Below, in pieces: positions 38,281 to 55,583 of a stretch of DNA of 64,000 nt (position 1 is the first letter of the stretch; every line of letters begins with the position of its first letter). Both the position numbers and the translations under genes were made by a program. Origin of the DNA: Escherichia coli (GTDB lineage: Bacteria > Pseudomonadota > Gammaproteobacteria > Enterobacterales > Enterobacteriaceae); NCBI RefSeq assembly GCF_003334785.1, contig NZ_QOWV01000001.1, one strand, 5' to 3'. The notes under the pieces are model-generated. The model saw only the letters and a list, made by a program, of their open reading frames with translations. It did no database searches and had not been told where the DNA came from.

Positions 38281-38903
38281 CCCGGTGTGTGCAATATACG
38301 AAAAAAAAGCCCGTACTTTCGTACGAGCTCTTCTTTAAATATGGCGGTGAGGGGGGGATTGACTCGCTTCGCTCGCCCTGCGGGCAGCCCGCTCACTGCG
38401 TTCACGGTCTGTCCAACTGGCTGTCGCCAGTTGTCGAACCCCGGTCGGGGCTTCTCATCCCCCCGGTGTGTGCAATATACGAAAAAAAAGCCCGTACTTT
38501 CGTACGAGCTCTTCTTTAAATATGGCGGTGAGGGGGGGATTGACTCGCTTCGCTCGCCCTGCGGGCAGCCCGCTCACTGCGTTCACGGTCTGTCCAACTG
38601 GCTGTCGCCAGTTGTCGAACCCCGGTCGGGGCTTCTCATCCCCCCGGTGTGTGCAATATACGAAAAAAAAGCCCGTACTTTCGTACGAGCTCTTCTTTAA
38701 ATATGGCGGTGAGGGGGGGATTGACTCGCTTCGCTCGCCCTGCGGGCAGCCCGCTCACTGCGTTCACGGTCTGTCCAACTGGCTGTCGCCAGTTGTCGAA
38801 CCCCGGTCGGGGCTTCTCATCCCCCCGGTGTGTGCAATATACGAAAAAAAAGCCCGTACTTTCGTACGAGCTCTTCTTTAAATATGGCGGTGAGGGGGGG
38901 ATT
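38281..38903. repeat. tRNA-linked tandem repeat array: four 181-bp direct repeats, each carrying the serX terminator and the last 19 nt of tRNA-Ser
   Basis: Unit starts at about 38284, 38465, 38646, 38827 (period 181); shared tggcggtgagggggggatt core; near-identical copies. Confidence 0.9.
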
Positions 38904-38972
38904 CGAACCCCCGATACGTTGCCGTATACACACTTTCCAGGCGTGCTCCTTCAGCCACTCGGACACCTCACC
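38885..38972 (-). tRNA. serX: tRNA-Ser (88 nt, long variable arm)
   Basis: Acceptor 5' GGTGAGGTG / 3' CACCGCCA, T-arm GGTTCGAATCC; followed on minus strand by hairpin plus T-run. Confidence 0.9.
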
Positions 38973-39166
38973 AAATTGTCGTTCCTGTCTTGCTGGAACG
39001 GGCGCTAATTTAGGGAAATCATGACCTGAGGTCAACAAACTTTTTGAAAAAATCGCGCGTTTATTCAAACTTCAATCAATGTGTGGTTTTAATAAGCGAA
39101 ATCTGCTTTTTTTGCCACCGACCACGGATTTGTTATGCTGGTGGCCTTTGTAGATCATAATGATAA

Positions 39167-40144
<978 letters not shown>

Positions 40145-40198
40145 TAAAGCATCAGGATTCCTGCTATCCTTGGCGGGAATTGAATACAGGAGAGAGTT

Positions 40199-40936
40199 AT
40201 GTATCCCGTCGACCTTCATATGCATACCGTTGCCAGCACACATGCATATAGCACATTAAGTGATTACATTGCCCAGGCCAAACAAAAGGGCATTAAACTT
40301 TTTGCGATCACCGATCATGGCCCGGATATGGAAGATGCGCCGCATCACTGGCACTTCATTAACATGCGTATCTGGCCGCGAGTGGTTGATGGGGTAGGGA
40401 TCCTGCGCGGCATCGAAGCTAACATTAAAAATGTTGATGGTGAAATTGACTGCAGCGGTAAAATGTTTGACTCGCTGGATCTAATTATTGCCGGTTTTCA
40501 TGAGCCGGTTTTTGCGCCACATGACAAAGCGACCAATACACAAGCGATGATCGCCACTATCGCCAGCGGCAATGTGCATATAATAAGCCATCCCGGAAAT
40601 CCCAAATATGAAATAGATGTGAAAGCCGTTGCTGAAGCAGCCGCGAAACATCAGGTGGCGCTGGAAATCAATAATTCCTCATTTTTACACTCACGTAAGG
40701 GCAGTGAAGACAAATGTCGTGAGGTAGCCGCAGCGGTACGTGATGCTGGAGGTTGGGTGGCATTAGGCTCGGATTCTCACACCGCGTTTACCATGGGGGA
40801 ATTTGAAGAGTGTCTTAAAATCCTCGACGCGGTAGATTTTCCGCCAGAGCGCATTTTGAATGTTTCTCCGCGCCGCTTACTGAACTTCCTTGAATCTCGC
40901 GGTATGGCACCGATTGCGGAATTTGCAGACCTTTAA
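40199..40936 (+). CDS. ycdX: PHP-family zinc phosphoesterase YcdX
   Basis: 245 aa, [14 protein letters not shown]-terminus. Confidence 0.9.
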   Translation: MYPVDLHMHTVASTHAYSTLSDYIAQAKQKGIKLFAITDHGPDMEDAPHHWHFINMRIWPRVVDGVGILRGIEANIKNVDGEIDCSGKMFDSLDLIIAGFHEPVFAPHDKATNTQAMIATIASGNVHIISHPGNPKYEIDVKAVAEAAAKHQVALEINNSSFLHSRKGSEDKCREVAAAVRDAGGWVALGSDSHTAFTMGEFEECLKILDAVDFPPERILNVSPRRLLNFLESRGMAPIAEFADL

Positions 40937-40959
40937 TTACTAGTAATGGAAATATATTA

Positions 40960-41514
40960 ATGAACGAGTTTTCTATCCTCTGTCGTGTGCTGGGTTCGCT
41001 CTATTACCGCCAACCACAAGATCCTTTACTGGTGCCGCTGTTTACCCTGATTCGTGAGGGGAAACTGGCTGCGAACTGGCCACTGGAGCAGGATGAGTTG
41101 CTGACACGTTTGCAGAAAAGCTGTGATATGACGCAAGTCTCTGCCGATTACAATGCGTTGTTTATCGGCGATGAATGTGCTGTGCCGCCATATCGTAGCG
41201 CATGGGTTGAGGGCGCGACGGAAGCGGAAGTGCGCGCTTTTCTTTCTGAGCGAGGGATGCCATTAGCGGATACGCCAGCCGATCACATCGGCACATTGCT
41301 GCTCGCAGCTTCCTGGCTGGAAGATCAGTCAACGGAAGATGAGAGCGAAGCACTGGAAACACTGTTCAGTGAGTATCTGTTACCCTGGTGTGGTGCGTTC
41401 CTTGGCAAAGTGGAGGCCCATGCAACCACGCCTTTCTGGCGCACCATGGCACCGCTAACCCGCGATGCCATTAGTGCAATGTGGGACGAGCTGGAAGAAG
41501 ATTCTGAAGAATAA
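40960..41514 (+). CDS. ycdY: TorD/DmsD-family chaperone YcdY
   Basis: 184 aa. Confidence 0.88.
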   Translation: MNEFSILCRVLGSLYYRQPQDPLLVPLFTLIREGKLAANWPLEQDELLTRLQKSCDMTQVSADYNALFIGDECAVPPYRSAWVEGATEAEVRAFLSERGMPLADTPADHIGTLLLAASWLEDQSTEDESEALETLFSEYLLPWCGAFLGKVEAHATTPFWRTMAPLTRDAISAMWDELEEDSEE

Positions 41515-41615
41515 GTGTGATCTACGTCACTCATAACTGCAACGGATAATTTGTTGTTGCATAAAATGTGTGCTCGATCTCATTCATGGCCGCGTTTTCT
41601 GCTATCATGCGCGGC

Positions 41616-42107
41616 ATGAACATACTTCTCTCTATTGCAATCACAACAGGCATTCTCTCCGGTATCTGGGGATGGGTGGCTGTTTCCCTGGGCTTACTAA
41701 GCTGGGCGGGCTTCCTGGGCTGTACGGCCTACTTTGCCTGCCCGCAAGGTGGGCTGAAAGGGCTGGCGATCTCCGCTGCAACCCTGCTTAGTGGCGTGGT
41801 GTGGGCGATGGTCATTATTTACGGTAGTGCACTGGCACCACATCTGGAAATTCTCGGTTATGTCATAACCGGTATTGTCGCGTTTCTGATGTGTATTCAG
41901 GCCAAACAGCTGCTGCTTTCATTTGTTCCGGGGACGTTTATAGGCGCATGCGCGACGTTTGCCGGGCAGGGTGACTGGAAACTGGTGTTACCTTCGCTGG
42001 CGCTTGGGCTGATATTTGGTTACGCAATGAAAAACAGTGGCCTGTGGCTGGCGGCGCGTAGTGCAAAGACGGCGCACCGTGAGCAGGAAATCAAAAATAA
42101 AGCGTGA
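41616..42107 (+). CDS. ycdZ: Inner membrane protein YcdZ (DUF1097)
   Basis: 163 aa from MNILLSIAITTG. Confidence 0.85.
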   Translation: MNILLSIAITTGILSGIWGWVAVSLGLLSWAGFLGCTAYFACPQGGLKGLAISAATLLSGVVWAMVIIYGSALAPHLEILGYVITGIVAFLMCIQAKQLLLSFVPGTFIGACATFAGQGDWKLVLPSLALGLIFGYAMKNSGLWLAARSAKTAHREQEIKNKA

Positions 42108-42140
42108 GGGGCACTCACGCTTTCGCTTAAACAGTAAAAT

Positions 42141-42166
42141 GCCGGATGATAATTCCGGCTTTTTTA
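42141..42166. terminator. Bidirectional terminator between ycdZ and csgG
   Basis: gccggatgataattccggc hairpin plus T-run. Confidence 0.7.
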
Positions 42167-42170
42167 TCTG

Positions 42171-43004
42171 TCAGGATTCCGGTGGAACCGACATATGGCG
42201 GTATTTCACCAGAATGTCATTCTGCCGTTCTGCTTTATTTTGCAAATCCCACAGACCACGGTCGATACCATCATTAATCAGGAAAATGACCCCTGTTTCG
42301 ATAGCCGACATCAGGCACAGCATAACAGGTTCGTTCGAGGTGTAACCCACTTCCCCTTCAAGCAAGCGCTGGTAGTCAATAAAGCGGAAAACCCCGGCCT
42401 GAACTTCATAGGAAAGTATCGTCTTACTGGTGTTCACCGAAGAAAGGATCTCGCCGGTACTCACATTGACGACGCGCAGGTTCACGGCAATCTGATCGAG
42501 CTGGTATTGCGTGTCGGCACCGATGCCAAAATATCTTGCCCCAACCCCGCCAGATTTGACGTTGCTTTCATAACCGATAATCGAACCTTCAACCATGATA
42601 TTTGCCGCCGTTAAAGATTGCAGCGGGATTCGGTTATTAATGGCAACCGTGCCGTTTTCTTGTGCCGCACGAATAATCTTGCGCTCGTTAAGCAGGTTTT
42701 GTAAGCCCTGGCGCTCCAGCGGTATAAACCAGCGAGAATCTTTCAGTGCCGTGACCAGCATTGCCGTGGCGCTTTGCGGAACAGCAGTGGAGAAGTTACT
42801 TGCCGGGTAGGGTTTAAATTGCCCGGTTTCGTCCTGAATGTTGTATACCGAAACAAAGATTTTACCCGTCGGCGCTGGCAGATGGGTCAAATCTTTGTAG
42901 CTCTGAGCACGAGGCATTAATGTCGGTCTGGCGGCTTCTTTAGGCGGGGCGGTTAAGCATCCGCTCAGTAACATGACGGCAACCAAAAGAAATAAGCGCT
43001 GCAT
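42171..43004 (-). CDS. csgG: Curli secretion channel lipoprotein CsgG
   Basis: 277 aa, lipobox LSGC. Confidence 0.95.
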   Translation of the reverse strand: MQRLFLLVAVMLLSGCLTAPPKEAARPTLMPRAQSYKDLTHLPAPTGKIFVSVYNIQDETGQFKPYPASNFSTAVPQSATAMLVTALKDSRWFIPLERQGLQNLLNERKIIRAAQENGTVAINNRIPLQSLTAANIMVEGSIIGYESNVKSGGVGARYFGIGADTQYQLDQIAVNLRVVNVSTGEILSSVNTSKTILSYEVQAGVFRFIDYQRLLEGEVGYTSNEPVMLCLMSAIETGVIFLINDGIDRGLWDLQNKAERQNDILVKYRHMSVPPES

Positions 43005-43030
43005 GATTATTTTCCTTATGAAGCTGGGGC

Positions 43031-43447
43031 TTAAAAATCGGTTGAGTTATTTTGTAAACCCGAAACCTGGATGGTCGAGGTTTGTCCGGTTTTACGATCT
43101 GTCACGTTCAACTGCAATTGACCATCGCGGTTGGCAATATCGACAATATAATCGTTGGTCACCATGCGGCCCGGTTTACCGGTATTAATATTCGACAGTA
43201 GCCCACCTAAAATTTGTGACTGGATGGCCTGAGTAAAGTTATCTAACGCTGAGGGTGTTTCAATACCAAAGTCATCGTTATAGCTCGGATCTTTATAAGA
43301 GTTTTGGGCCTGAGCGCTATTTAATAAAAAAGCGCCATTATTTGGGTTACCACCAAAGTTTGGATTACGGAACTGGAAAGTCATGGTTCCAGCCCAACTT
43401 AATGGCGAAATAAGCATGAGTAGAACTACTGCATGTTTGACACGCAT
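43031..43447 (-). CDS. csgF: Curli assembly component CsgF
   Basis: 138 aa. Confidence 0.93.
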
Positions 43448-43471
43448 TGCAGCCTCCGAACAATTTTTTAT

Positions 43472-43861
43472 TTAGAATTCATCATGCGCCAAATCGCCCG
43501 TACTTAATAACGCCTGATTTATCTGGCGACGATTTAGTGCTTCTTCAGTTTGAATCAGTGCAAAGACGACAGTTTTCTCGAAGTCTCTTTTCAACGGAAA
43601 TAAAAAAGTCTGGAAAATAACGTCCTGATTGACCGTTATAGTGATCCAGCTTCCCCATCGTGCACTGGGCCTTTCATTAATCGTTAAGTTACCCGTATAG
43701 TCACTTTCCCATTTATCACTAAAGGCTCGGTAAAAATCATGGCCAATAGATGAAACAGTATGGTCAGTTAGCAATCCCGGGACTTCTACCTCAACGGCGT
43801 GAAGATTCCCTGCGGCGAACAGAAATTCTGCCGCCACAATCCAGCGTAAATAACGTTTCAT
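43472..43861 (-). CDS. csgE: Curli secretion specificity factor CsgE
   Basis: 129 aa. Confidence 0.93.
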
Positions 43862-43865
43862 GGCT

Positions 43866-44516
<651 letters not shown>

Positions 44517-45270
44517 GATGAAACCCCGCTTTTTTTATTGATCGCACACCTGACAGCTGCCTCTAAAATAGAAGCACCAGAAGTACTGACAGATGTTGCA
44601 CTGCTGTGTGTAGTAATAAATCAGCCCTAAATGGGTAAAATATAAAACTAATGGATTACATCTGATTTCAATCTAGCCATTACAAATCTTAAATCAAGTG
44701 TTAAACATGTAACTAAATGTAACTCGTTATATTAAAATGTTAACCTTAAGGTTTTATTAAGTTTAGAAATGATAGAAAAGTTGTACATTTGGTTTTTATT
44801 GCACAATTTTAAAAAATCATACAAATGGTGATAACTTACTAATAATGCATATAAAAAATATTTCGGTGTAGTCCTTTCGTCATGTAAAACGTTCTTGTTT
44901 TTTCTCCACACCTCCGTGGACAATTTTTTACTGCAAAAAGACGAGGTTTGTCACGGCTTGTGCGCAAGACATATCGCAGCAATCAGCGACGGGCAAGAAG
45001 AATGACTGTCTGGTGCTTTTTGATAGCGGAAAGCGGAGATTTAAAAGAAAACAAAATATTTTTTTGCGTAGATAACAGCGTATTTACGTGGGTTTTAATA
45101 CTTTGGTATGAACTAAAAAAGAAAAATACAACGCGCGGGTGAGTTATTAAAAATATTTCCGCAGACATACTTTCCATCGTAACGCAGCGTTAACAAAATA
45201 CAGGTTGCGTTAACAACCAAGTTGAAATGATTTAATTTCTTAAATGTACGACCAGGTCCAGGGTGACAAC
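44517..45270. promoter_or_regulatory. csgD-csgB divergent intergenic control region
   Basis: 754-bp AT-rich non-coding DNA between divergent csgDEFG and csgBAC operons. Confidence 0.8.
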
Positions 45271-45726
45271 ATGAAAAACAAATTGTTATTTATGATGTTA
45301 ACAATACTGGGTGCGCCTGGGATTGCAGCCGCAGCAGGTTATGATTTAGCTAATTCAGAATATAACTTCGCGGTAAATGAATTGAGTAAGTCTTCATTTA
45401 ATCAGGCAGCCATAATTGGTCAAGCTGGGACTAATAATAGTGCTCAGTTACGGCAGGGAGGCTCAAAACTTTTGGCGGTTGTTGCGCAAGAAGGTAGTAG
45501 CAACCGGGCAAAGATTGACCAGACAGGAGATTATAACCTTGCATATATTGATCAGGCGGGCAGTGCCAACGATGCCAGTATTTCGCAAGGTGCTTATGGT
45601 AATACTGCGATGATTATCCAGAAAGGTTCTGGTAATAAAGCAAATATTACACAGTATGGTACTCAAAAAACGGCAATTGTAGTGCAGAGACAGTCGCAAA
45701 TGGCTATTCGCGTGACACAACGTTAA
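45271..45726 (+). CDS. csgB: Curli nucleator subunit CsgB
   Basis: 151 aa from MKNKLLFMMLT. Confidence 0.95.
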   Translation: MKNKLLFMMLTILGAPGIAAAAGYDLANSEYNFAVNELSKSSFNQAAIIGQAGTNNSAQLRQGGSKLLAVVAQEGSSNRAKIDQTGDYNLAYIDQAGSANDASISQGAYGNTAMIIQKGSGNKANITQYGTQKTAIVVQRQSQMAIRVTQR

Positions 45727-45766
45727 TTTCCATTCGACTTTTAAATCAATCCGATGGGGGTTTTAC

Positions 45767-46222
45767 ATGAAACTTTTAAAAGTAGCAGCAATTGCAGCAA
45801 TCGTATTCTCCGGTAGCGCTCTGGCAGGTGTTGTTCCTCAGTACGGCGGCGGCGGTAACCACGGTGGTGGCGGTAATAATAGCGGCCCAAATTCTGAGCT
45901 GAACATTTACCAGTACGGTGGCGGTAACTCTGCACTTGCTCTGCAAACTGATGCCCGTAACTCTGACTTGACTATTACCCAGCATGGCGGCGGTAATGGT
46001 GCAGATGTTGGTCAGGGCTCAGATGACAGCTCAATCGATCTGACCCAACGTGGCTTCGGTAACAGCGCTACTCTTGATCAGTGGAACGGCAAAAATTCTG
46101 AAATGACGGTTAAACAGTTCGGTGGTGGCAACGGTGCTGCAGTTGACCAGACTGCATCTAACTCCTCCGTCAACGTGACTCAGGTTGGCTTTGGTAACAA
46201 CGCGACCGCTCATCAGTACTAA
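45767..46222 (+). CDS. csgA: Major curlin subunit CsgA
   Basis: 151 aa with Gly/Asn/Gln-rich imperfect repeats. Confidence 0.95.
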   Translation: MKLLKVAAIAAIVFSGSALAGVVPQYGGGGNHGGGGNNSGPNSELNIYQYGGGNSALALQTDARNSDLTITQHGGGNGADVGQGSDDSSIDLTQRGFGNSATLDQWNGKNSEMTVKQFGGGNGAAVDQTASNSSVNVTQVGFGNNATAHQY

Positions 46223-46244
46223 TACATCATTTGTATTACAGAAA

Positions 46245-46268
46245 CAGGGCGCAAGCCCTGTTTTTTTT
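46245..46268 (+). terminator. Rho-independent terminator after csgA
   Basis: cagggcgcaagccctg plus T8. Confidence 0.75.
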
Positions 46269-46280
46269 CGGGAGAAGAAT

Positions 46281-47045
<765 letters not shown>

Positions 47046-47139
47046 GTTTCTGAACAACTCACGTTGCTGAGCAGAAAAATGCGATTTAACCAAAAAGCCT
47101 GCTGTACACTTAAGAAACAAGAAGGTGTAAGGAGGCGTT

Positions 47140-47673
47140 ATGAAAACGCGTATTCATGTTGTGCAGGGTGATATTACCAAACTGGCCGTTGATGTGATTG
47201 TGAATGCGGCTAATCCGTCATTAATGGGAGGCGGCGGCGTCGATGGGGCCATTCATCGCGCAGCGGGTCCGGCCCTGCTGGATGCTTGTTTAAAAGTCAG
47301 GCAACAGCAGGGCGATTGCCCTACGGGGCATGCCGTTATTACGCTTGCAGGCGATCTTCCCGCTAAAGCCGTAGTGCACACCGTCGGGCCAGTCTGGCGT
47401 GGTGGTGAACAAAACGAAGACCAGCTTTTGCAGGATGCCTATCTCAATAGCCTACGACTGGTGGCGGCAAACAGCTATACGTCAGTGGCTTTTCCTGCAA
47501 TCAGTACTGGGGTTTATGGTTACCCTCGTGCGGCAGCGGCTGAAATCGCAGTAAAAACCGTTTCAGAATTTATTACCCGTCACGCTTTACCCGAACAGGT
47601 ATACTTTGTCTGTTATGATGAAGAAAACGCCCACCTCTACGAAAGACTCCTTACCCAACAAGGAGATGAATGA
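47140..47673 (+). CDS. ymdB: Macrodomain O-acetyl-ADP-ribose deacetylase YmdB
   Basis: 177 aa. Confidence 0.92.
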
Positions 47674-49096
47674 TTTGCCCCGGCTGGCGAGCGCGGTGCT
47701 GCCACTGTGTTCGCAACATCCCGGTCAGTGTGGCCTTTTTCCTCTGGAGAAAAGTCTGGATGCGTTTGCCGCCCGGTATCGTCTGGCCGAAATGGCAGAG
47801 CATACGCTCGATGTTCAGTATTACATCTGGCAGGACGATATGTCGGGTCGGTTACTGTTTTCCGCCCTGTTAGCCGCAGCAAAGCGTGGCGTTCGCGTCC
47901 GTTTGTTGCTGGACGACAACAATACGCCCGGACTTGACGACATTTTACGCTTGCTTGACAGTCATCCACGCATTGAAGTCCGGCTTTTTAATCCTTTCTC
48001 GTTTCGCTTGCTGCGTCCGCTTGGTTATATCACCGACTTTTCCCGTCTTAATCGCCGTATGCACAATAAAAGTTTCACTGTCGATGGCGTGGTGACCCTG
48101 GTGGGAGGACGAAATATTGGTGATGCCTATTTTGGAGCAGGGGAGGAGCCACTTTTTTCGGATTTAGATGTCATGGCAATAGGACCCGTGGTAGAGGACG
48201 TTGCCGATGATTTCGCCCGCTACTGGTATTGCAAATCGGTTTCACCCTTACAGCAGGTGCTGGATGTCCCGGAGGGTGAAATGGCGGATCGCATCGAGTT
48301 ACCCGCCTCCTGGCATAACGATGCCATGACGCATCGTTATTTACGCAAAATGGAATCCAGTCCATTTATAAATCATCTGGTTGATGGAACATTGCCGCTT
48401 ATCTGGGCGAAGACACGTTTATTAAGTGATGATCCGGCGAAAGGGGAGGGCAAGGCAAAACGGCATTCACTGTTACCGCAGCGCCTGTTCGATATCATGG
48501 GCTCACCCAGTGAACGCATCGATATTATCTCTTCCTATTTTGTACCGACACGCGCAGGTGTGGCGCAACTCTTACGGATGGTGAGAAAAGGGGTAAAGAT
48601 TGCGATCCTAACCAATTCTCTTGCCGCTAACGATGTTGCTGTCGTCCATGCCGGATACGCGCGCTGGCGCAAAAAATTGCTCCGCTATGGCGTGGAATTA
48701 TATGAACTCAAGCCGACGCGTGAACAAAGTAGTACGTTACACGATCGCGGCATAACCGGTAATTCCGGAGCCAGCCTGCATGCTAAAACCTTTAGCATCG
48801 ATGGTAAAACGGTGTTTATCGGCTCTTTCAATTTCGATCCGCGTTCAACATTGCTCAATACTGAAATGGGCTTCGTGATAGAGAGCGAAACGCTGGCACA
48901 GTTAATTGATAAACGCTTTATTCAGAGCCAGTATGATGCGGCCTGGCAGCTCCGTCTGGACAGGTGGGGACGGATCAACTGGGTTGATCGTCATGCAAAG
49001 AAAGAGATTATTCTCAAAAAAGAACCCGCCACCAGTTTCTGGAAGCGGGTTATGGTCAGACTGGCGTCGATATTGCCCGTGGAATGGTTATTGTAA
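47666..49096 (+). CDS. clsC: Cardiolipin synthase C (ClsC), phospholipase-D family
   Basis: Two HxK(x)4D motifs ([18 protein letters not shown]); start uncertain (ATG 47666 or TTG 47675), overlaps ymdB stop. Confidence 0.88.
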   Translation: MNDLPRLASAVLPLCSQHPGQCGLFPLEKSLDAFAARYRLAEMAEHTLDVQYYIWQDDMSGRLLFSALLAAAKRGVRVRLLLDDNNTPGLDDILRLLDSHPRIEVRLFNPFSFRLLRPLGYITDFSRLNRRMHNKSFTVDGVVTLVGGRNIGDAYFGAGEEPLFSDLDVMAIGPVVEDVADDFARYWYCKSVSPLQQVLDVPEGEMADRIELPASWHNDAMTHRYLRKMESSPFINHLVDGTLPLIWAKTRLLSDDPAKGEGKAKRHSLLPQRLFDIMGSPSERIDIISSYFVPTRAGVAQLLRMVRKGVKIAILTNSLAANDVAVVHAGYARWRKKLLRYGVELYELKPTREQSSTLHDRGITGNSGASLHAKTFSIDGKTVFIGSFNFDPRSTLLNTEMGFVIESETLAQLIDKRFIQSQYDAAWQLRLDRWGRINWVDRHAKKEIILKKEPATSFWKRVMVRLASILPVEWLL

Positions 49097-49103
49097 ATGT
49101 GGC

Positions 49104-50261
49104 TTAACGGGCTGGTGCTTTATCGTTCTCACGCTTAACAACCGGTTTACCAGAGAACAAAAACTTCAGTAACGGGATGCGCAAATGAATTTCATACAGA
49201 ATTATCGCAATCCCTACTACAAATATCAGGCCACAGAGAAAACCAAGCCAGTTGGAGGTGATGTGCGGTGTAATGTATGCGCCGAAAAACAGCGTTAACG
49301 GGTGGTGAACCAGATAGATAAACAGCGATGCGTTAACAAAATAAGTCACCCGCGCTGACTGGAAGTTAAGCAAACGGTGGCCAAAGGAGAAGACCACATT
49401 CACCATCCACAGACCGAGGACCATGGTGATCACCGACTCGGTTTCGTACATCCAGGCATCGCCACTGCCATAGCGCTGGTTGAGTAAATAAGCGACAAAC
49501 GCCAATGCTGCTGCAAGGGTACAGCCACGAGACGGCGTGGTAAACAAGGCTTTAAGATGAGGGAAAATGAAAGCCAGTGCGCCGAGGATAAAGAACGGCA
49601 AATAAAACAGCGTTTGCATGACAATAAAATTGAACATGCCATTACTCAGAATGGGCGGATACACAATAAAAATCGTTCTTCTTATTACCGCATAACCGAT
49701 GCCGAGGCATAAAAAAATCACCGATAGTTTTACCATCGAGAATTTTTTATTCGTTTTATCAGAATTTTCTAAATTATTTCTGATGCGCTTAAATATCCAT
49801 ACGCACAGCGTCGTCATGACCACTAACACCAGTAAAAACCACAGGTGTGATATTAATTCCCAGGCCAACGTATTATATTTGTCATACAATGACAGCCCAG
49901 GCCAACTTTCCGCTTTTCCTTTGACATATTGCAGCATAATAAATTGCGGTAATGTCAGTAGGGGGATGGCTGTTAACATCGGGATACCTACACGTTCGAC
50001 ACGTACTTTCCACCATTTTTTCAAGGGATAGCGTAAAAAAAGCATGTAGGAAAAGTAGCCGGATATAACGAAAAATACCTGCATGCGGAACGAGTGGATG
50101 AAGTCATTAAAAAGGGTCAGCCACAATGATGATTCGGCGCTATTCACATGCCATGTATGGCTCGAATAGATTAAAGAAATATGAAAAGGTATCCCTAACA
50201 ACATCAGCCAGGCGCGGATGGAGTCGAGGAAATATTCACGTTGCGCGGGTACTGGGTTCAT
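49104..50261 (-). CDS. opgC: OPG succinyltransferase OpgC (MdoC)
   Basis: 385-aa polytopic acyltransferase-3 family ORF. Confidence 0.92.
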   Translation of the reverse strand: MNPVPAQREYFLDSIRAWLMLLGIPFHISLIYSSHTWHVNSAESSLWLTLFNDFIHSFRMQVFFVISGYFSYMLFLRYPLKKWWKVRVERVGIPMLTAIPLLTLPQFIMLQYVKGKAESWPGLSLYDKYNTLAWELISHLWFLLVLVVMTTLCVWIFKRIRNNLENSDKTNKKFSMVKLSVIFLCLGIGYAVIRRTIFIVYPPILSNGMFNFIVMQTLFYLPFFILGALAFIFPHLKALFTTPSRGCTLAAALAFVAYLLNQRYGSGDAWMYETESVITMVLGLWMVNVVFSFGHRLLNFQSARVTYFVNASLFIYLVHHPLTLFFGAYITPHITSNWLGFLCGLIFVVGIAIILYEIHLRIPLLKFLFSGKPVVKRENDKAPAR

Positions 50262-50543
50262 ATATGGTTAACTAATCTCGGATTTTTCGTCTTATCCCTG
50301 TCGGGTTATGCCTTTAGGCTTGTTGCCATAGTGACACCGACCTGACCGCGCCAGGCGCAGGCTTCAAGGTTTTTATGCATAGCATCATCGCTACCACTAA
50401 CCAGAATGGAAGCGTCTGTAAGACGGTTGATAAATAAATTTGCTGGCAAACCCTACACGAAGTCGATGCTTCTGTCTTTAGGAGAAGCACGGAAAGTGAA
50501 AACGGTTGCAATCAGGTGCTTAATCCATGAGCCAGCGTGCTGA

Positions 50544-54726
<4,183 letters not shown>

Positions 54727-54734
54727 AAACGTAG

Positions 54735-54882
54735 TTGCCTGATGCGCTACGCTTATCAGGCCTACATCGTTCCTGCAATTTATTGATTTTGCAAGACTTT
54801 GTGGGTCGGATAAGGCGTTCACGCCGCATCCGGCAAAAACAACGAGCCAATAAAAATACCGGCGTTATGCCGGTATTTTTTT
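54735..54882. repeat. REP elements plus rho-independent terminator after opgH
   Basis: gcctgatgcgctacgcttatcaggcctac, ggataaggcgttcacgccgcatccggc; hairpin ataccggcgttatgccggtat plus T-run. Confidence 0.8.
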
Positions 54883-54898
54883 ACGAAAGAGGTATCAA

Positions 54899-55126
54899 AT
54901 GCGTTTAATTGTGGTGAGCATCATGGTGACCTTGCTGAGTGGCTGTGGCAGCATTATTAGTCGCACTATACCGGGGCAGGGGCATGGCAACCAATATTAT
55001 CCCGGTGTGCAATGGGATGTGCGTGACTCCGCCTGGCGTTATGTCACGATCCTTGATCTGCCATTCTCTCTGGTTTTTGATACTTTACTGCTGCCGATCG
55101 ACATTCATCATGGCCCGTATGAGTGA
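54899..55126 (+). CDS. yceK: Small lipoprotein YceK
   Basis: 75 aa, lipobox LLSGC. Confidence 0.85.
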   Translation: MRLIVVSIMVTLLSGCGSIISRTIPGQGHGNQYYPGVQWDVRDSAWRYVTILDLPFSLVFDTLLLPIDIHHGPYE

Positions 55127-55501
55127 TTAACGTTCATCCCACTCATCAGCTGCTGCGCGTCCTTCCTCGGTATCCAGCGGTGGCTCAAGCTGAAATTCCC
55201 CCTCGTCCCATTCATGTAATGTATTCTCTTCCTGCCACTCCTGGCGTATCTCTATCTCATCATAGTCGCCATCAAAAACACTTTGCGCGGCTTCACCGCT
55301 AAGCATAGGTAAACATTCACCTTCTTCCCCTTCGTCGGCAAAAAACTCAACTTGCCACATGATGTCGCCGTCCTGCAAAACGTATTTTTGGGCATTGAAC
55401 TGTTGCACATTCGCATCTTCGGCGTCGATGCCGGGGTTGTCTGCAAGAAATTCTTCGCGTGCAGCGTCAATGGCTTCTTCAAGCGTTGCGTACATGGTCA
55501 T
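55127..55501 (-). CDS. msyB: Acidic protein MsyB
   Basis: 124 aa, highly acidic (many D/E). Confidence 0.88.
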   Translation of the reverse strand: MTMYATLEEAIDAAREEFLADNPGIDAEDANVQQFNAQKYVLQDGDIMWQVEFFADEGEEGECLPMLSGEAAQSVFDGDYDEIEIRQEWQEENTLHEWDEGEFQLEPPLDTEEGRAAADEWDER

Positions 55502-55583
55502 CACGATTCTCCCTTTGAGTTGATGAGGTTTCAGGGAAAAGGATAGCTGATTCTCCGCTTTTGCAAGTATGAAAGGCGAAAAA

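Noticed and set aside
38281-38903. Possible CRISPR array
   Set aside because: Units are 181 bp, near-identical and contiguous with no unique spacers, and there are no cas genes; the content is tRNA 3' end plus terminator.
38287-39008. Four overlapping ORF-track entries (137, 137, 119 and 83 aa) running across or into the serX repeat array
   Set aside because: They exist only because the 181-bp unit is repeated in frame; they overlap the tRNA and its terminator and show no start context. Repeat artefacts, not genes.
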